The notes beneath the pieces were generated by a model. The model ran no database searches. It saw only the letters and a program-made list of their open reading frames with translations, and was not told the origin of the DNA. Below are positions 49,092 through 58,703 of a stretch of 64,000 nt of DNA, piece after piece (within the stretch, counting starts at the first letter, position 1; each line of letters opens with the position of its first letter). The DNA lies in assembly GCA_964596735.1 (NCBI GenBank), contig CAZQVF010000004.1:229-64228 (forward strand). The letters run 5' to 3'. Origin of the DNA: an uncultured Gammaproteobacteria bacterium (lineage in GTDB: Bacteria; Patescibacteriota; Patescibacteriia; UBA2591; UBA6264). A program made the position numbers and the translations under genes.

Positions 49092-50870
49092 TTATTTATT
49101 TAAAACCGCCTTTATTCTTCTTACTCCTGCCCCGCTCGCCTTTTCCTTAACAATTTTAAACTGACCAATCTCGTTGGTATTCTTCACGTGAGGCCCAGCA
49201 CAAATTTCTTTGGAAAAATTTCCAATAGAATAAACTTTAACTATTTTAGGGTATTTTTCTTTAAAAAAAGCTAAAGCTCCTTTTTTAATCGCTTCTTCAT
49301 AGGGCATTTCTTTCATTTGAACCTTTAATTCTTCTTTTATTTTCTGATTAACAATCTCTTCAACTTTTCTAATTTCTTCTTCAGTCATTTTTTGAGAATG
49401 AGAAAAATCAAATCTTAATCTTTCCGGGGTTAAATCAGAACCTGCCTGCTGAACATGATCTCCTAAGACCTGTTGTAAGGCTTTATGCAAAAGATGGGTA
49501 GCTGTATGATGAAGGGCTACTTTGTCTCCCCATTCACCTACTCCTCCAAATTTCTTCTTTGCCCCAGCTCGTGATATTTCTCTATGATGATCAAATTCTT
49601 TTTCAAAGGCTTTTTCGTCTATTTCAAGACCTTCCTCTTCAGCCATTTCCTTGGTCAATTCTAAAGGAAATCCATAAGTATCATATAAATGAAAAATTGC
49701 TTTTGAATCAAGAATTTCTTTCCTTTCTTCTAAGGCTAATTGAACAAGTTTTTTAAATTTTTTCAAGCCTTGACTTAGGGTCTTTTCAAATTTTTCTTGC
49801 TCTTTTTGAATAATGGTCAAAATATCACTCTGTTTGTTTCTTAATTCTGGATAAATATTATGATATTGCCTAATAACTATTTGGGCCAAAGGAATTAAGA
49901 ATCCTTTTTCTGCTTCAATTAAACGACCGTGTCTCATTGCTCTTCTAAGAATTCTTCTTAAAATATAGCCGCGATCTTCTTTGCTTGGCAAAACTCCATC
50001 AGCAATTAAAAAACAAATGGCTCTGACGTGATCGGCAATAATGCGGCTAGATTTTTGTTTAGATAAATCTGCTTTCTGAGAAGTCTTTTCAATCTCATGC
50101 ATAATTGGTAAAAACAAGTTTGTTTCATAGTCTGATTCTTTGTTTTGCAAAACACAGGCTAATCGCTCTAAGCCTGCCCCTGTATCAATGTTCTGTTTGG
50201 ATAATTTTTCATACTCACCCTTTTCTGTTTTATTGTATTCCATAAAAACTAAATTCCAAACTTCAACAAATCTGCCACAGCCACAATTGGGTCCGCACTT
50301 TGGTAATGTACATTTATTTTTTTGAAATTCCTTCCCTTGATCATAATATATTTCTGAACAAGGGCCACAGGGTCCGGTTGAACCAACTGGTCCCCAAAAA
50401 TTATCAGTTGAACCAAATTCTTTAATCTTTTTTTTGACAATACCATTTTTCTGCCAAATTTTCTCAGCCTCTTTATCACAGGGTATATTCTTTTCTCCTT
50501 TGAAAATTGTCACCCAAAGCCGATCTTTTTCTAAATGATAATTATCAACTAATAGTTCTAACGCCCATTTAATAGCTTCTTCTTTAAAATAGTCGCCGAA
50601 TGACCAATTACCAAGCATTTCAAAAAAAGTATGGTGAAACTCATCTCCAACTTTATCAATATCAGAAGTACGAAAACATTTTTGCACTGAACAGGCTCGA
50701 TTATAGGGTGGCTCTGTTTCTCCGCTTAAATAAGGAATAAATTGCTGCATTCCCGCAGAAGTAAAAAGAGCCGTTGGATCAGCCGGTATCAAAGAAGATG
50801 AATCAACTGCTTGATGCGATTTATTTTTAAAAAAATCTAAAAAACTTTGTCTTATTTGATCCGTCGTCAT
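49092..50870 (-). CDS. alaS: Alanine--tRNA ligase, short form lacking the C-Ala domain
   Basis: FT.AGM.QF, FFEMLGNWSFGDYFK, DTG.GLER. Editing motifs HTATH and CAGPH. Ends at GVRRIKA. Confidence 0.97.
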   Translation of the reverse strand: MTTDQIRQSFLDFFKNKSHQAVDSSSLIPADPTALFTSAGMQQFIPYLSGETEPPYNRACSVQKCFRTSDIDKVGDEFHHTFFEMLGNWSFGDYFKEEAIKWALELLVDNYHLEKDRLWVTIFKGEKNIPCDKEAEKIWQKNGIVKKKIKEFGSTDNFWGPVGSTGPCGPCSEIYYDQGKEFQKNKCTLPKCGPNCGCGRFVEVWNLVFMEYNKTEKGEYEKLSKQNIDTGAGLERLACVLQNKESDYETNLFLPIMHEIEKTSQKADLSKQKSSRIIADHVRAICFLIADGVLPSKEDRGYILRRILRRAMRHGRLIEAEKGFLIPLAQIVIRQYHNIYPELRNKQSDILTIIQKEQEKFEKTLSQGLKKFKKLVQLALEERKEILDSKAIFHLYDTYGFPLELTKEMAEEEGLEIDEKAFEKEFDHHREISRAGAKKKFGGVGEWGDKVALHHTATHLLHKALQQVLGDHVQQAGSDLTPERLRFDFSHSQKMTEEEIRKVEEIVNQKIKEELKVQMKEMPYEEAIKKGALAFFKEKYPKIVKVYSIGNFSKEICAGPHVKNTNEIGQFKIVKEKASGAGVRRIKAVLNK

Positions 50871-50872
50871 AT

Positions 50873-51898
50873 TTATTCCCTTTTTACATTATTTTTATTA
50901 TTAACAAATTTAAAAACGTGATGAGTTAAATAATAAGCAATGATTAATAAACCAACAAAAACAAAACTAAAATCAATTAATCTAGTCATTAAGGTAAAAC
51001 TAAGACCTGTTTCTGCAGTTAATTGAACGCTTTGAAAAGCTAGAATACTTGTTCCTTCATAAATTCCTAACATTGCTGGAATAGGAATCATGCCAGAAAA
51101 TAAAGTCAAAATTCTAATTAAAAGAGCATTGGTGAAAGATACGAATTCGCCCAAAATATGAACAAAGATAACAACCTGAATCGCTCTCATTACAAAACAA
51201 AAACAGGATAGGATTGTGCTATAGAAAACTGTCTTTGGGAATTTTTGGAAAAAAATTATTATTTCTTCACGAATAAATTTAACCTTTTCAGCTAAATTAT
51301 TTTCTTCTCCATTTTTCTGAGAAAATCTTATCTTGTGCAGACGAAAAAATTTTATTAAGCCGGCCACTTTGTTGGATTTCAATAGCCTAAAAATTAAAGC
51401 GACCAAAATCAAAGGTAAAAAACCGAGAATTGTAAAAAAAAGTCCTCCAAGCAGATTTCTTTGAAAAAATAAGACAAATGCCCCTAAAAAAGCAAAAATG
51501 GCAAAAGCAAAAATTTCAATTATCCTATCTGAAACAACAGAAACCAAACCCTGCGACGTAGGAATATTTGCACTCTTTTTTAAAGCAAAAACTCTAACCA
51601 CCTCTCCTCCATAGTAAATACCCGGTGTTAAATAGCTTAAAGCCATTTCACCTAAACGAGCTCCGGCTAAGCTTTTAAAGGGCAAACCCTTAAAACCCAT
51701 GGCTTTCAGTATTAACTTCCATCGGAAAATCCAAATTGTAATCTTGGTTAATGTCAAAGCAAAAAGGACTATCATTTGTCCCCAAGTCAAAAAGCCAAAA
51801 CGCAAAAAAACATCCCTTAAACCAATTTGAGTATAAATCCAAATCGCCAGACCTAAACCGAACAATAAAGAAATGCTAAACAAAAGGATTTTTCTCAT
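50873..51898 (-). CDS. Lysylphosphatidylglycerol synthase TM / YbhN flippase-like membrane protein
   Basis: RW..IL, TP....GGE..R, DRI.E, P.P..LG.YEG, R. Confidence 0.8.
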   Translation of the reverse strand: MRKILLFSISLLFGLGLAIWIYTQIGLRDVFLRFGFLTWGQMIVLFALTLTKITIWIFRWKLILKAMGFKGLPFKSLAGARLGEMALSYLTPGIYYGGEVVRVFALKKSANIPTSQGLVSVVSDRIIEIFAFAIFAFLGAFVLFFQRNLLGGLFFTILGFLPLILVALIFRLLKSNKVAGLIKFFRLHKIRFSQKNGEENNLAEKVKFIREEIIIFFQKFPKTVFYSTILSCFCFVMRAIQVVIFVHILGEFVSFTNALLIRILTLFSGMIPIPAMLGIYEGTSILAFQSVQLTAETGLSFTLMTRLIDFSFVFVGLLIIAYYLTHHVFKFVNNKNNVKRE

Positions 51899-51899
51899 A

Positions 51900-51966
51900 C
51901 CCGCCTAAATTTTTTATTTATTAAATTCCATATTTTCTCGCCTGTCCCTTAAAAAATTTGGGCGGG
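51900..51966. repeat. MITE-like element with 17-bp terminal inverted repeats
   Basis: CCCGCCTAAATTTTTTA ... TAAAAAATTTGGGCGGG (1 mismatch), 33-bp interior. Same CCCGCCTAAATT end as the 38589 and 42456 hairpins. Confidence 0.65.
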
Positions 51967-51980
51967 CATAAGATGTAAAA

Positions 51981-53513
51981 TCAACTTTTATCAAAAGTGA
52001 CTGGGCCTTTTTTAATTGCCTGTTTTAAAGAAACATTTTCTAAAGGTTTTTCTGTTTGTCGAGCCTTTTTTAAGCATTTTTTACAATAAACAGGTCTTAT
52101 ACCATCTGGAATAAAAGGGACATTGATTTCAGTTCCACATCCGTCACATTTTGCTTCATATTTATCCGGGCCTGGCTGAGGCAATCCTTGTCCAGCCTCA
52201 ATCACGCCACTCCAACGAGCAATTTTTTCTTCAACGACCTTTTTGGGTTCAGCATATCTCTCACGAGAAATCTTAATAATTTTATTTTCACAATTTTGTG
52301 GGTTAGAAATGGGTGGTAGAGTAACAGCAGAAAATGGTTCAGAGGTAATTCCATCAATCATTAATTTAACGTAAATATTATACTGATCTAAATCAACTAA
52401 ATCTGTTTCATCAAAACGAGGATAAAATTCTTTAGCTAAAAATTCTGCATCTTCAGCTCCCACTCTAAAGGCTACCATTGTTCCGACATTACCAAAAACA
52501 GCATCTCTCACCTTTGTGCTATCTAAAGTTAATTGCCCAATATATTGGTGGCCAATAATTAAATTAAGGCGATATTTTCTGGCTTCTGAAAGGATATCAG
52601 CAAATGATTCAGTAGCAAAATTCTGAAATTCATCTACATAAAGATAAAAATCTCTTCTTTTATCCTCATGAATATCAACACGGCTCATGGCCGCCATTTG
52701 AATTTTAGTAATCATCATTGCCCCTAATAAAGCTGAGGCGTCTTCTCCTATTCTTCCTTTAGAAAGATTCATTATTAAAATCTTGCCTTCGTCCATAATT
52801 TCGCGCAAATTTATTTTAGAACGAACTTGACCAACAATATTTCTAATTAAAGAAGTGGACAAAAATTGTCCCACCTTATTTTGAATAGGAGCAATAGCCT
52901 CGGCACGCAGTCTTTCAGGATATCTTGGATATTCATCAACCCAGAATGATTTAACCACTGGATCTGTTAAACGGTCAACCACTTTTTTTCTAAAATCTTT
53001 ATCAACCAAAATACGCATTATACCTAAAAGCGTACTACCTGGATATTCAAGTAAAGCAAGTATGGTATTTCTAAGAACATATTCTAATCTTGGTCCCCAC
53101 GAATCTGCCCAAATCTTTTTAAATACTCCGACCAAACCAGAAGCGACTAAGTGTCTATGCTCAGGACCAACGCTTTCTAAAACATTAAAGGCAAAGGGGT
53201 ATTCTGCATCAGCCGGATTAAAATAAACAGTGTCGTTAATTCGGTTCGGAGGAATAAAATTTAGAATTTTTTCAACTGACTCGCCATGGGGGTCAATAAA
53301 AACCACTCCTCTGCCCGCCTGAATATCCTGAAGGGCCATATTTTCCATGGAGGTAGTTTTTCCAGTTCCAGTTTTACCAATTAAATACATGTGCCGACGC
53401 CTGTCTTCGGGTTTAATGCCAAACTTTTTCCGAATATTCCGGTAATTAGTCTCGGCAAAAAGCACTATTTCATCCTTTTCATGAGATAATTTTTCTTGAT
53501 TTATATTGTCCAT
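51981..53513 (-). CDS. TraD/TrwB (type IV coupling protein)/HerA-like P-loop ATPase with C-terminal CxxC-x17-CxxC
   Basis: GKTGTGKT Walker A, IDPHG, YVDEFQNF Walker B, SEARKY. ATG 53513 is supported by the promoter. Confidence 0.85.
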   Translation of the reverse strand: MDNINQEKLSHEKDEIVLFAETNYRNIRKKFGIKPEDRRRHMYLIGKTGTGKTTSMENMALQDIQAGRGVVFIDPHGESVEKILNFIPPNRINDTVYFNPADAEYPFAFNVLESVGPEHRHLVASGLVGVFKKIWADSWGPRLEYVLRNTILALLEYPGSTLLGIMRILVDKDFRKKVVDRLTDPVVKSFWVDEYPRYPERLRAEAIAPIQNKVGQFLSTSLIRNIVGQVRSKINLREIMDEGKILIMNLSKGRIGEDASALLGAMMITKIQMAAMSRVDIHEDKRRDFYLYVDEFQNFATESFADILSEARKYRLNLIIGHQYIGQLTLDSTKVRDAVFGNVGTMVAFRVGAEDAEFLAKEFYPRFDETDLVDLDQYNIYVKLMIDGITSEPFSAVTLPPISNPQNCENKIIKISRERYAEPKKVVEEKIARWSGVIEAGQGLPQPGPDKYEAKCDGCGTEINVPFIPDGIRPVYCKKCLKKARQTEKPLENVSLKQAIKKGPVTFDKS

Positions 53514-53525
53514 AATCTTAAATAT

Positions 53526-53554
53526 ATTATATGTTGTATTTCCCCGATTGTCAA
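53526..53554 (-). promoter_or_regulatory. Perfect consensus sigma70 promoter
   Basis: TTGACA-17 bp-TATAAT, with 12 bp between the -10 box and ATG 53513. Confidence 0.85.
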
Positions 53555-53639
53555 CGCAATATTTAAAAGACAAAATCCCCAAAAAAACGGGAATTTTCAA
53601 AATTTTCTTGTTTTTTTTACTCCCAAAAAGGCTAAAAAG

Positions 53640-54725
53640 CTAACTTTTAACACTTTTTTCTTTTTTAAAAGAAAGAAGGCTAATTAAACCAATTCCGAAA
53701 ATAATTAAAACAAATAAAGCAATTATCTTGCCTCTTGTTTGTAAAAACAAAGCAATTAAGCCAAATATCAAGGCAATAGACCAGTAAAAGATGACTGCCA
53801 AACGGTGGGAAAAACCAATTTCTAATAAACGAAAATGAAAATGTTTTTTATCGCCTTTAAATGGTGAAGTATGTTCAATAAAAATCCTTTGAATAATCAC
53901 GCTAATTAAATCAATAACAGCCAAACCTAAAATTAAAAATGTGGTGGCTACTTTACCTCCAGAGATTATTGCCAAAGACCCAAGAATAAAACCAGCAAAA
54001 AGACTACCCCCTTCTCCTAGAAAAATCTTAGCCGGGTGGAAATTAAAGAATAAAAATCCTAACGCTGCTCCGGCTAAAATCAAGGCCATGGTCCCTACGT
54101 CAGGTTGATAAAATTGGGTGGCGAAACAAAGTCCAGCAATAACCAAGGCCCCGATTACTGTTATCCCAGAGACTAGACCGTCTAATCCGTCAAGAAATTT
54201 AGTAGAATACATTAAAAACATTAACCAAATAAAAGTAATAATATCAGCCCAAGGCGTTAGATAATATGGAATACCATTAAAACGGAGTATTTCAATTTTT
54301 GTATTATCAAGGTGTAAATATCCTGAACCAAAAGGATTATTAATATATTCAATACCTATTCCACTAATAATAATAACGAGACAAGCTAAAATAGGCCAAA
54401 TAATCTGCTGAATGGGTTTTAAATTATATTTGTCATCTAAAAATCCTCCGATCATCAACAAACCGCCCGCTAAAAACAAACCGATTAAATGTTTGTCTAA
54501 AACCTTATCTACTGGCCACCAAGCAGTTTGTTTGGCAATAAAAAGAATAATAAAAAAAGAAAGAAATATTACTAAACCACCCAAAAGAGGGGCGTTTTTT
54601 TTATGAATCTTTCTTTCTGATTCTCCAAAAACATCAACCACTTTTAACTTTATTGCTAAATTGCGAACCAAGGGAGTTAAAATAATAGCTAGAGCAAAGC
54701 TAATTAAGAAAAAACCAAAAATCAT
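53640..54725 (-). CDS. WecA/TagO (MraY-like) undecaprenyl-phosphate GlcNAc-1-P transferase
   Basis: RKIH...PLLGG, GFLDD, DGLDGL, NFHPAKIFLG, DKKHFHFRL. Confidence 0.9.
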   Translation of the reverse strand: MIFGFFLISFALAIILTPLVRNLAIKLKVVDVFGESERKIHKKNAPLLGGLVIFLSFFIILFIAKQTAWWPVDKVLDKHLIGLFLAGGLLMIGGFLDDKYNLKPIQQIIWPILACLVIIISGIGIEYINNPFGSGYLHLDNTKIEILRFNGIPYYLTPWADIITFIWLMFLMYSTKFLDGLDGLVSGITVIGALVIAGLCFATQFYQPDVGTMALILAGAALGFLFFNFHPAKIFLGEGGSLFAGFILGSLAIISGGKVATTFLILGLAVIDLISVIIQRIFIEHTSPFKGDKKHFHFRLLEIGFSHRLAVIFYWSIALIFGLIALFLQTRGKIIALFVLIIFGIGLISLLSFKKEKSVKS

Positions 54726-54728
54726 AAT

Positions 54729-55112
54729 TTAATTTTTATCTAAATAATCTTGTAAAATAATGCTAGCGGCCACCGCGTGATTCTGCTTTTGACCAAATGA
54801 CAGCTTGTCAGCCATTTTTGAGCTTAATCTTTCGTCAAATCTAATTATTGGAACATTTAAAAATTCTTTTAATTCCTCAATAAATTGTTCTGTTATCTTA
54901 GTTTGCTCTGTTGGTTTTCCTGACATACCAACTGGATAACCAACAATAATCTTCTGTATTTTTTCTTGATTAACAATTTTTTCTAATTCCTGAAATAAAA
55001 AATTCTGATCTTTTATATCTAAAACCTGAAAAGGCATGGCTATTTTTACTTGATCATCAGCCATGGCCAAGCCAATATATCTTTTCCCTGGATCAATGCC
55101 TAAAAATTTCAT
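54729..55112 (-). CDS. ruvX: RuvX/YqgF pre-16S rRNA nuclease
   Basis: LGIDPG...IGLA, VGYP, DERLSS, A.AA.IILQ.YLD. ATG 55112 preferred. Confidence 0.92.
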   Translation of the reverse strand: MKFLGIDPGKRYIGLAMADDQVKIAMPFQVLDIKDQNFLFQELEKIVNQEKIQKIIVGYPVGMSGKPTEQTKITEQFIEELKEFLNVPIIRFDERLSSKMADKLSFGQKQNHAVAASIILQDYLDKN

Positions 55113-55116
55113 AATA

Positions 55117-55494
55117 TTACAATGTTTTACCAATATAGCCTCGGCAATCTTTGCTTGGACAACTACATTTAAATTTAGCCCCTTCAATTTCTGTTTTATC
55201 ATAGTCGCACACAATCTCTTCGCCCGGGGCAATGTCTATAATAGCAATTAAAACAACTGAGTTTTTTGTAATATTTAAAAGCGTATTTGGATTGCAGGAA
55301 TGATTAACCCAATTAAGAACCTTACTGTCAGACACATATTGTCTATTACCAATATAGATGTATCGCGGATTGGGCTTATAAGAAATATTATCTAAAGGAG
55401 CTCTATAAAATTCTTCGCCTTTTGAAATTTTTTTCTTTGTAAAAATCCCAAAACCATGTATGTGACTGAATTTCTTTTCAAGAAAATTTGTCAT
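55117..55494 (-). CDS. SET domain protein with post-SET Cys cluster
   Basis: HG.G.F, NHSCNPN, GEE...DY, C.C....CRG. Confidence 0.9.
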   Translation of the reverse strand: MTNFLEKKFSHIHGFGIFTKKKISKGEEFYRAPLDNISYKPNPRYIYIGNRQYVSDSKVLNWVNHSCNPNTLLNITKNSVVLIAIIDIAPGEEIVCDYDKTEIEGAKFKCSCPSKDCRGYIGKTL

Positions 55495-55503
55495 AAATAT
55501 TAA

Positions 55504-56265
55504 CTACATTCTTGTTAAAACCTCAGACCCTTTTTTTGTCACTAAAATAGTATGTTCAAAATGAGCTGATAGACTTCCATCTTCTGTAACAATGGTCCAA
55601 CCGTCTTTAAGTGTTTTAACCGGCCAATCTCCCATATTAACCATTGGCTCAAAGGCTAAAACCATGCCTGATTTTAAAATAGGACCAGTTCCTTTTTTAC
55701 CATAATTTAAAATAGTTGGTTTCTCATGAAGCTTTTTGCCAATGCCATGTCCGGAAAGCTGGCGTACCACTGAAAACCCTTTTTTTTCAACAAAAGATTG
55801 AATCAAATAAGAAATATCGCCTAAATAAACCCCTTCTTTTATATTCTTAATAGCCAGCTCTAATGCCCCTTTAGTTGTTTTAATTAACTCTTTAGTTTTA
55901 TAAGGAATTTTTCCTACGGCTACGGTTATGGCCATATCTGAATAATATCCCTTATATTTTACCCCACAATCCAGACCAATAATATCACCATCTTTTAAAA
56001 GTTTATTTCTCTTAGGAATAGTATGAACCACTTCTTCATTAATTGACGTGCAAAGTGTCGCCGGGTAAATCTTCTTTTTGCCACTATATCCTTTAAATCC
56101 TGGCTTGGCTCCGGCCTGATAAATTAACTTCTCTGCCAATTGGTCTAATTCTAAAGTAGAAACGCCCCGACAAATATGCGGGACGATTTTTCTCATAACA
56201 TCAGACAAAATCTGACCTGCCTGACGCATGATTTCAATCTCTTTTTCATTTTTAATAGGAATCAT
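55504..56265 (-). CDS. map: Methionine aminopeptidase type I
   Basis: CTSINEEVVH, GHGIG..LHE, EPM, SAHFEHT. Confidence 0.97.
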   Translation of the reverse strand: MIPIKNEKEIEIMRQAGQILSDVMRKIVPHICRGVSTLELDQLAEKLIYQAGAKPGFKGYSGKKKIYPATLCTSINEEVVHTIPKRNKLLKDGDIIGLDCGVKYKGYYSDMAITVAVGKIPYKTKELIKTTKGALELAIKNIKEGVYLGDISYLIQSFVEKKGFSVVRQLSGHGIGKKLHEKPTILNYGKKGTGPILKSGMVLAFEPMVNMGDWPVKTLKDGWTIVTEDGSLSAHFEHTILVTKKGSEVLTRM

Positions 56266-56266
56266 C

Positions 56267-56926
56267 TTACCCTAATTTTTTTTCTATTTTTCTCAAGGTT
56301 TCTTTAAAAACTTTTTCTACTGACTGCTCCCCATTAACCGGAACTAACATTTTACGCTGTTTATAAAACTCAACAGCTGGAACTACATGATCATGAAACC
56401 AATCTAATCTTTTTTGAATTGCTTTTTTATCTTTATCATAACCCCTGACTTTAACTAAACCACCGCAATCTGGGCATTTCTTAACTTTTCGGTTAGAAAA
56501 AATCTTACCACACTTAGAGCAAAGGGCCCGACTAAACAGTCTTTTTAAAGATTCTTTATCACTAACATTAATCCAAATAGCTAAGCTCGGTCTTTTTTTA
56601 TAACAATCTTTTAAAGCTTTTTGTAAATCCCAAGCTTGTCCAGCTGTCCGTGGATATCCGTCAATTAAAAGTCGATGTTTTTTATTAATTTTTTTGATTC
56701 TCTGTTCAAAAAGATTAAGAATAAAATCATCTGGGAAATGCATGCCCACTTTGTGCATCCAAGCAATTAATTTAGCTTGTTTACTTTTCTGTTTAGCTGC
56801 TCCCCGGACCAACTCTCCCATTTCAATTATTTTCATATTAAATTTTTCAGCCAATAAATAAGCCTGAGTTCCTTTACCTGAACCAGCCGGCCCTAAAATA
56901 ATTAAATTGAAATTCTTTTTAATCAT
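56267..56926 (-). CDS. adk: Adenylate kinase (Zn-lid type)
   Basis: GPAGSGKGTQA, DGYPRT, CxxC...CxxC lid. Located after secY. Confidence 0.93.
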   Translation of the reverse strand: MIKKNFNLIILGPAGSGKGTQAYLLAEKFNMKIIEMGELVRGAAKQKSKQAKLIAWMHKVGMHFPDDFILNLFEQRIKKINKKHRLLIDGYPRTAGQAWDLQKALKDCYKKRPSLAIWINVSDKESLKRLFSRALCSKCGKIFSNRKVKKCPDCGGLVKVRGYDKDKKAIQKRLDWFHDHVVPAVEFYKQRKMLVPVNGEQSVEKVFKETLRKIEKKLG

Positions 56927-56941
56927 ATTTTAAAATTACTA

Positions 56942-58219
56942 TTAACCCAAGCCTTCATATTCATGCATGGCAATTTGAGCTTGAATTTGTTTAACCGATT
57001 CTAAAACCACGCTGACGACAATTAAAATAGCTGCTCCCCCAACAACAAAGGTAGAAAGTCTAAAAACATTTTGGGTAATAATGGGCAAAACAGCAATAAT
57101 TCCTAAAGATAATGCTCCGGCAAGCATAATTCTAACGCTAACCGTTGATAAATAACTAGCCGTTGGCTCGCCTGGTCTTAATCCAGGAACAAAACCTCCT
57201 TGCTTTTGCAAATTATCAGCTATTTGTTTTGGATGAAAAATAATACTAGTATAAAAATAAGTAAAAGCAACCACTAAAGTAAAATATAACAAACCATAAA
57301 TAAGTTGATTTTGAGTAATTCCCATTAAAATTTGACCAAACTTAGCCATAAAAGCTGACCCTGATCTGGATAAAAGTTGCCCTATTAAACCTGGGAAAAG
57401 AACAATGGAAATGGCAAAAATAATCGGGATCATACCGGCCTGATTTACCTTCATTGGTAAATAAGTATCTGTTCCTCCGTACATGCGGTGACCACGAATG
57501 CGTCGGGCATAAGTAACTGGAATATTGCGCTGACCTTCTGTAATAATTACCACTCCAGCAATCGTCACTAAAGCTAAGACTACTAAAACTAAAAAATTAA
57601 TGATTTGGTCTGCCGAAAAAGTAGCAATCGTTTGTTGGATAGAAATAGGAACTCGTTCAACAATTCCAGCAAAAATAAGTAAAGAAATGCCATTGCCAAT
57701 TTTCTTTTCTGTAATTAATTCTCCTAACCACATTAAAAAGACTGTCCCGGCAGTCATAACCATTAAAATATTGACTAATTCAAAGGTCGACAAAGAACCC
57801 AGGATTGGTTGACTGGACTGGCTAAAAATCGCGATCATCCCATAAGACTGGAGAATGGCCAAGGGGACTGTTAATAAACGAGAATATTGATTAATTTTTT
57901 TGTAACCACTTGCCCCCTCCTTGCTAAGCTCTTCTAAACGGGGAACAATCATAGTTAAGAGTTGCATAATAATTGAAGCGGTGATATAAGGGGCAATCCC
58001 CATGGCCACTAAGGAAAAATTAGACATGGCTCCACCGGAAAGGATATTTAACATTCCCAACATCTCATTGCGCGAGAAAAAATCTTTTAAATTAGCTATA
58101 TTTACTCCCGGGACTGGAATGTGTGCGGCAATACGAAAAATAATCAACATGGCCATAACAAAAAGAAGACTATTTCTTAAATCTTTAATTTGCCAAAGTT
58201 GTCTTATTTTTCCCCACAT
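56942..58219 (-). CDS. secY: Preprotein translocase SecY
   Basis: GI.PYITASII.QL, GNG.SL.IFAG, PGLRPG..T. Confidence 0.98.
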   Translation of the reverse strand: MWGKIRQLWQIKDLRNSLLFVMAMLIIFRIAAHIPVPGVNIANLKDFFSRNEMLGMLNILSGGAMSNFSLVAMGIAPYITASIIMQLLTMIVPRLEELSKEGASGYKKINQYSRLLTVPLAILQSYGMIAIFSQSSQPILGSLSTFELVNILMVMTAGTVFLMWLGELITEKKIGNGISLLIFAGIVERVPISIQQTIATFSADQIINFLVLVVLALVTIAGVVIITEGQRNIPVTYARRIRGHRMYGGTDTYLPMKVNQAGMIPIIFAISIVLFPGLIGQLLSRSGSAFMAKFGQILMGITQNQLIYGLLYFTLVVAFTYFYTSIIFHPKQIADNLQKQGGFVPGLRPGEPTASYLSTVSVRIMLAGALSLGIIAVLPIITQNVFRLSTFVVGGAAILIVVSVVLESVKQIQAQIAMHEYEGLG

Positions 58220-58246
58220 TTGAAATAATTAAAATATTTTTAATGC

Positions 58247-58699
58247 TTAAAGTTTGCTTATCTTCCCTCCTACTTTTTTAATAGCTTTTTCCGCTGCTTT
58301 TGAAAATTGATGAGCCTTAATGGTTAACTTTTTTGTTATTTTCCCTTGAGCTAAAATTTTAACCCGGCGATCTTTCTTTTTAATTAAACCACTCTTAACT
58401 AATTTGGCAAGATCAACAATCTCATTTTCTTTAAATTTGTTTTCTAAATCTTTCAAACTTATTGGTTCAATAATTAAAGACTTTCTTTTATTAAATCCCT
58501 TTAATTTGGGCATGCTTCTCAAATTGCTTCTTAGGCCTCTAATTTTAAGCCCCTTTTTTCCGCCAGATCTTGATCTCTGTCCCTTTATTCCCCGGCCAGA
58601 ATAAGTGCCTGGATCAGAAGCATTATTTCCCCGGCCAACTCTTCTTGAGCGACGCCTTGACTTGGACCCTGGTCTTAAATCAGATAATTTAACAATCAT
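58247..58699 (-). CDS. rplO: 50S ribosomal protein L15
   Basis: RVGRG, GRG.KGQ.SRSG, FS..A...I...GG. Confidence 0.95.
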   Translation of the reverse strand: MIVKLSDLRPGSKSRRRSRRVGRGNNASDPGTYSGRGIKGQRSRSGGKKGLKIRGLRSNLRSMPKLKGFNKRKSLIIEPISLKDLENKFKENEIVDLAKLVKSGLIKKKDRRVKILAQGKITKKLTIKAHQFSKAAEKAIKKVGGKISKL

Positions 58700-58703
58700 A
58701 AAT

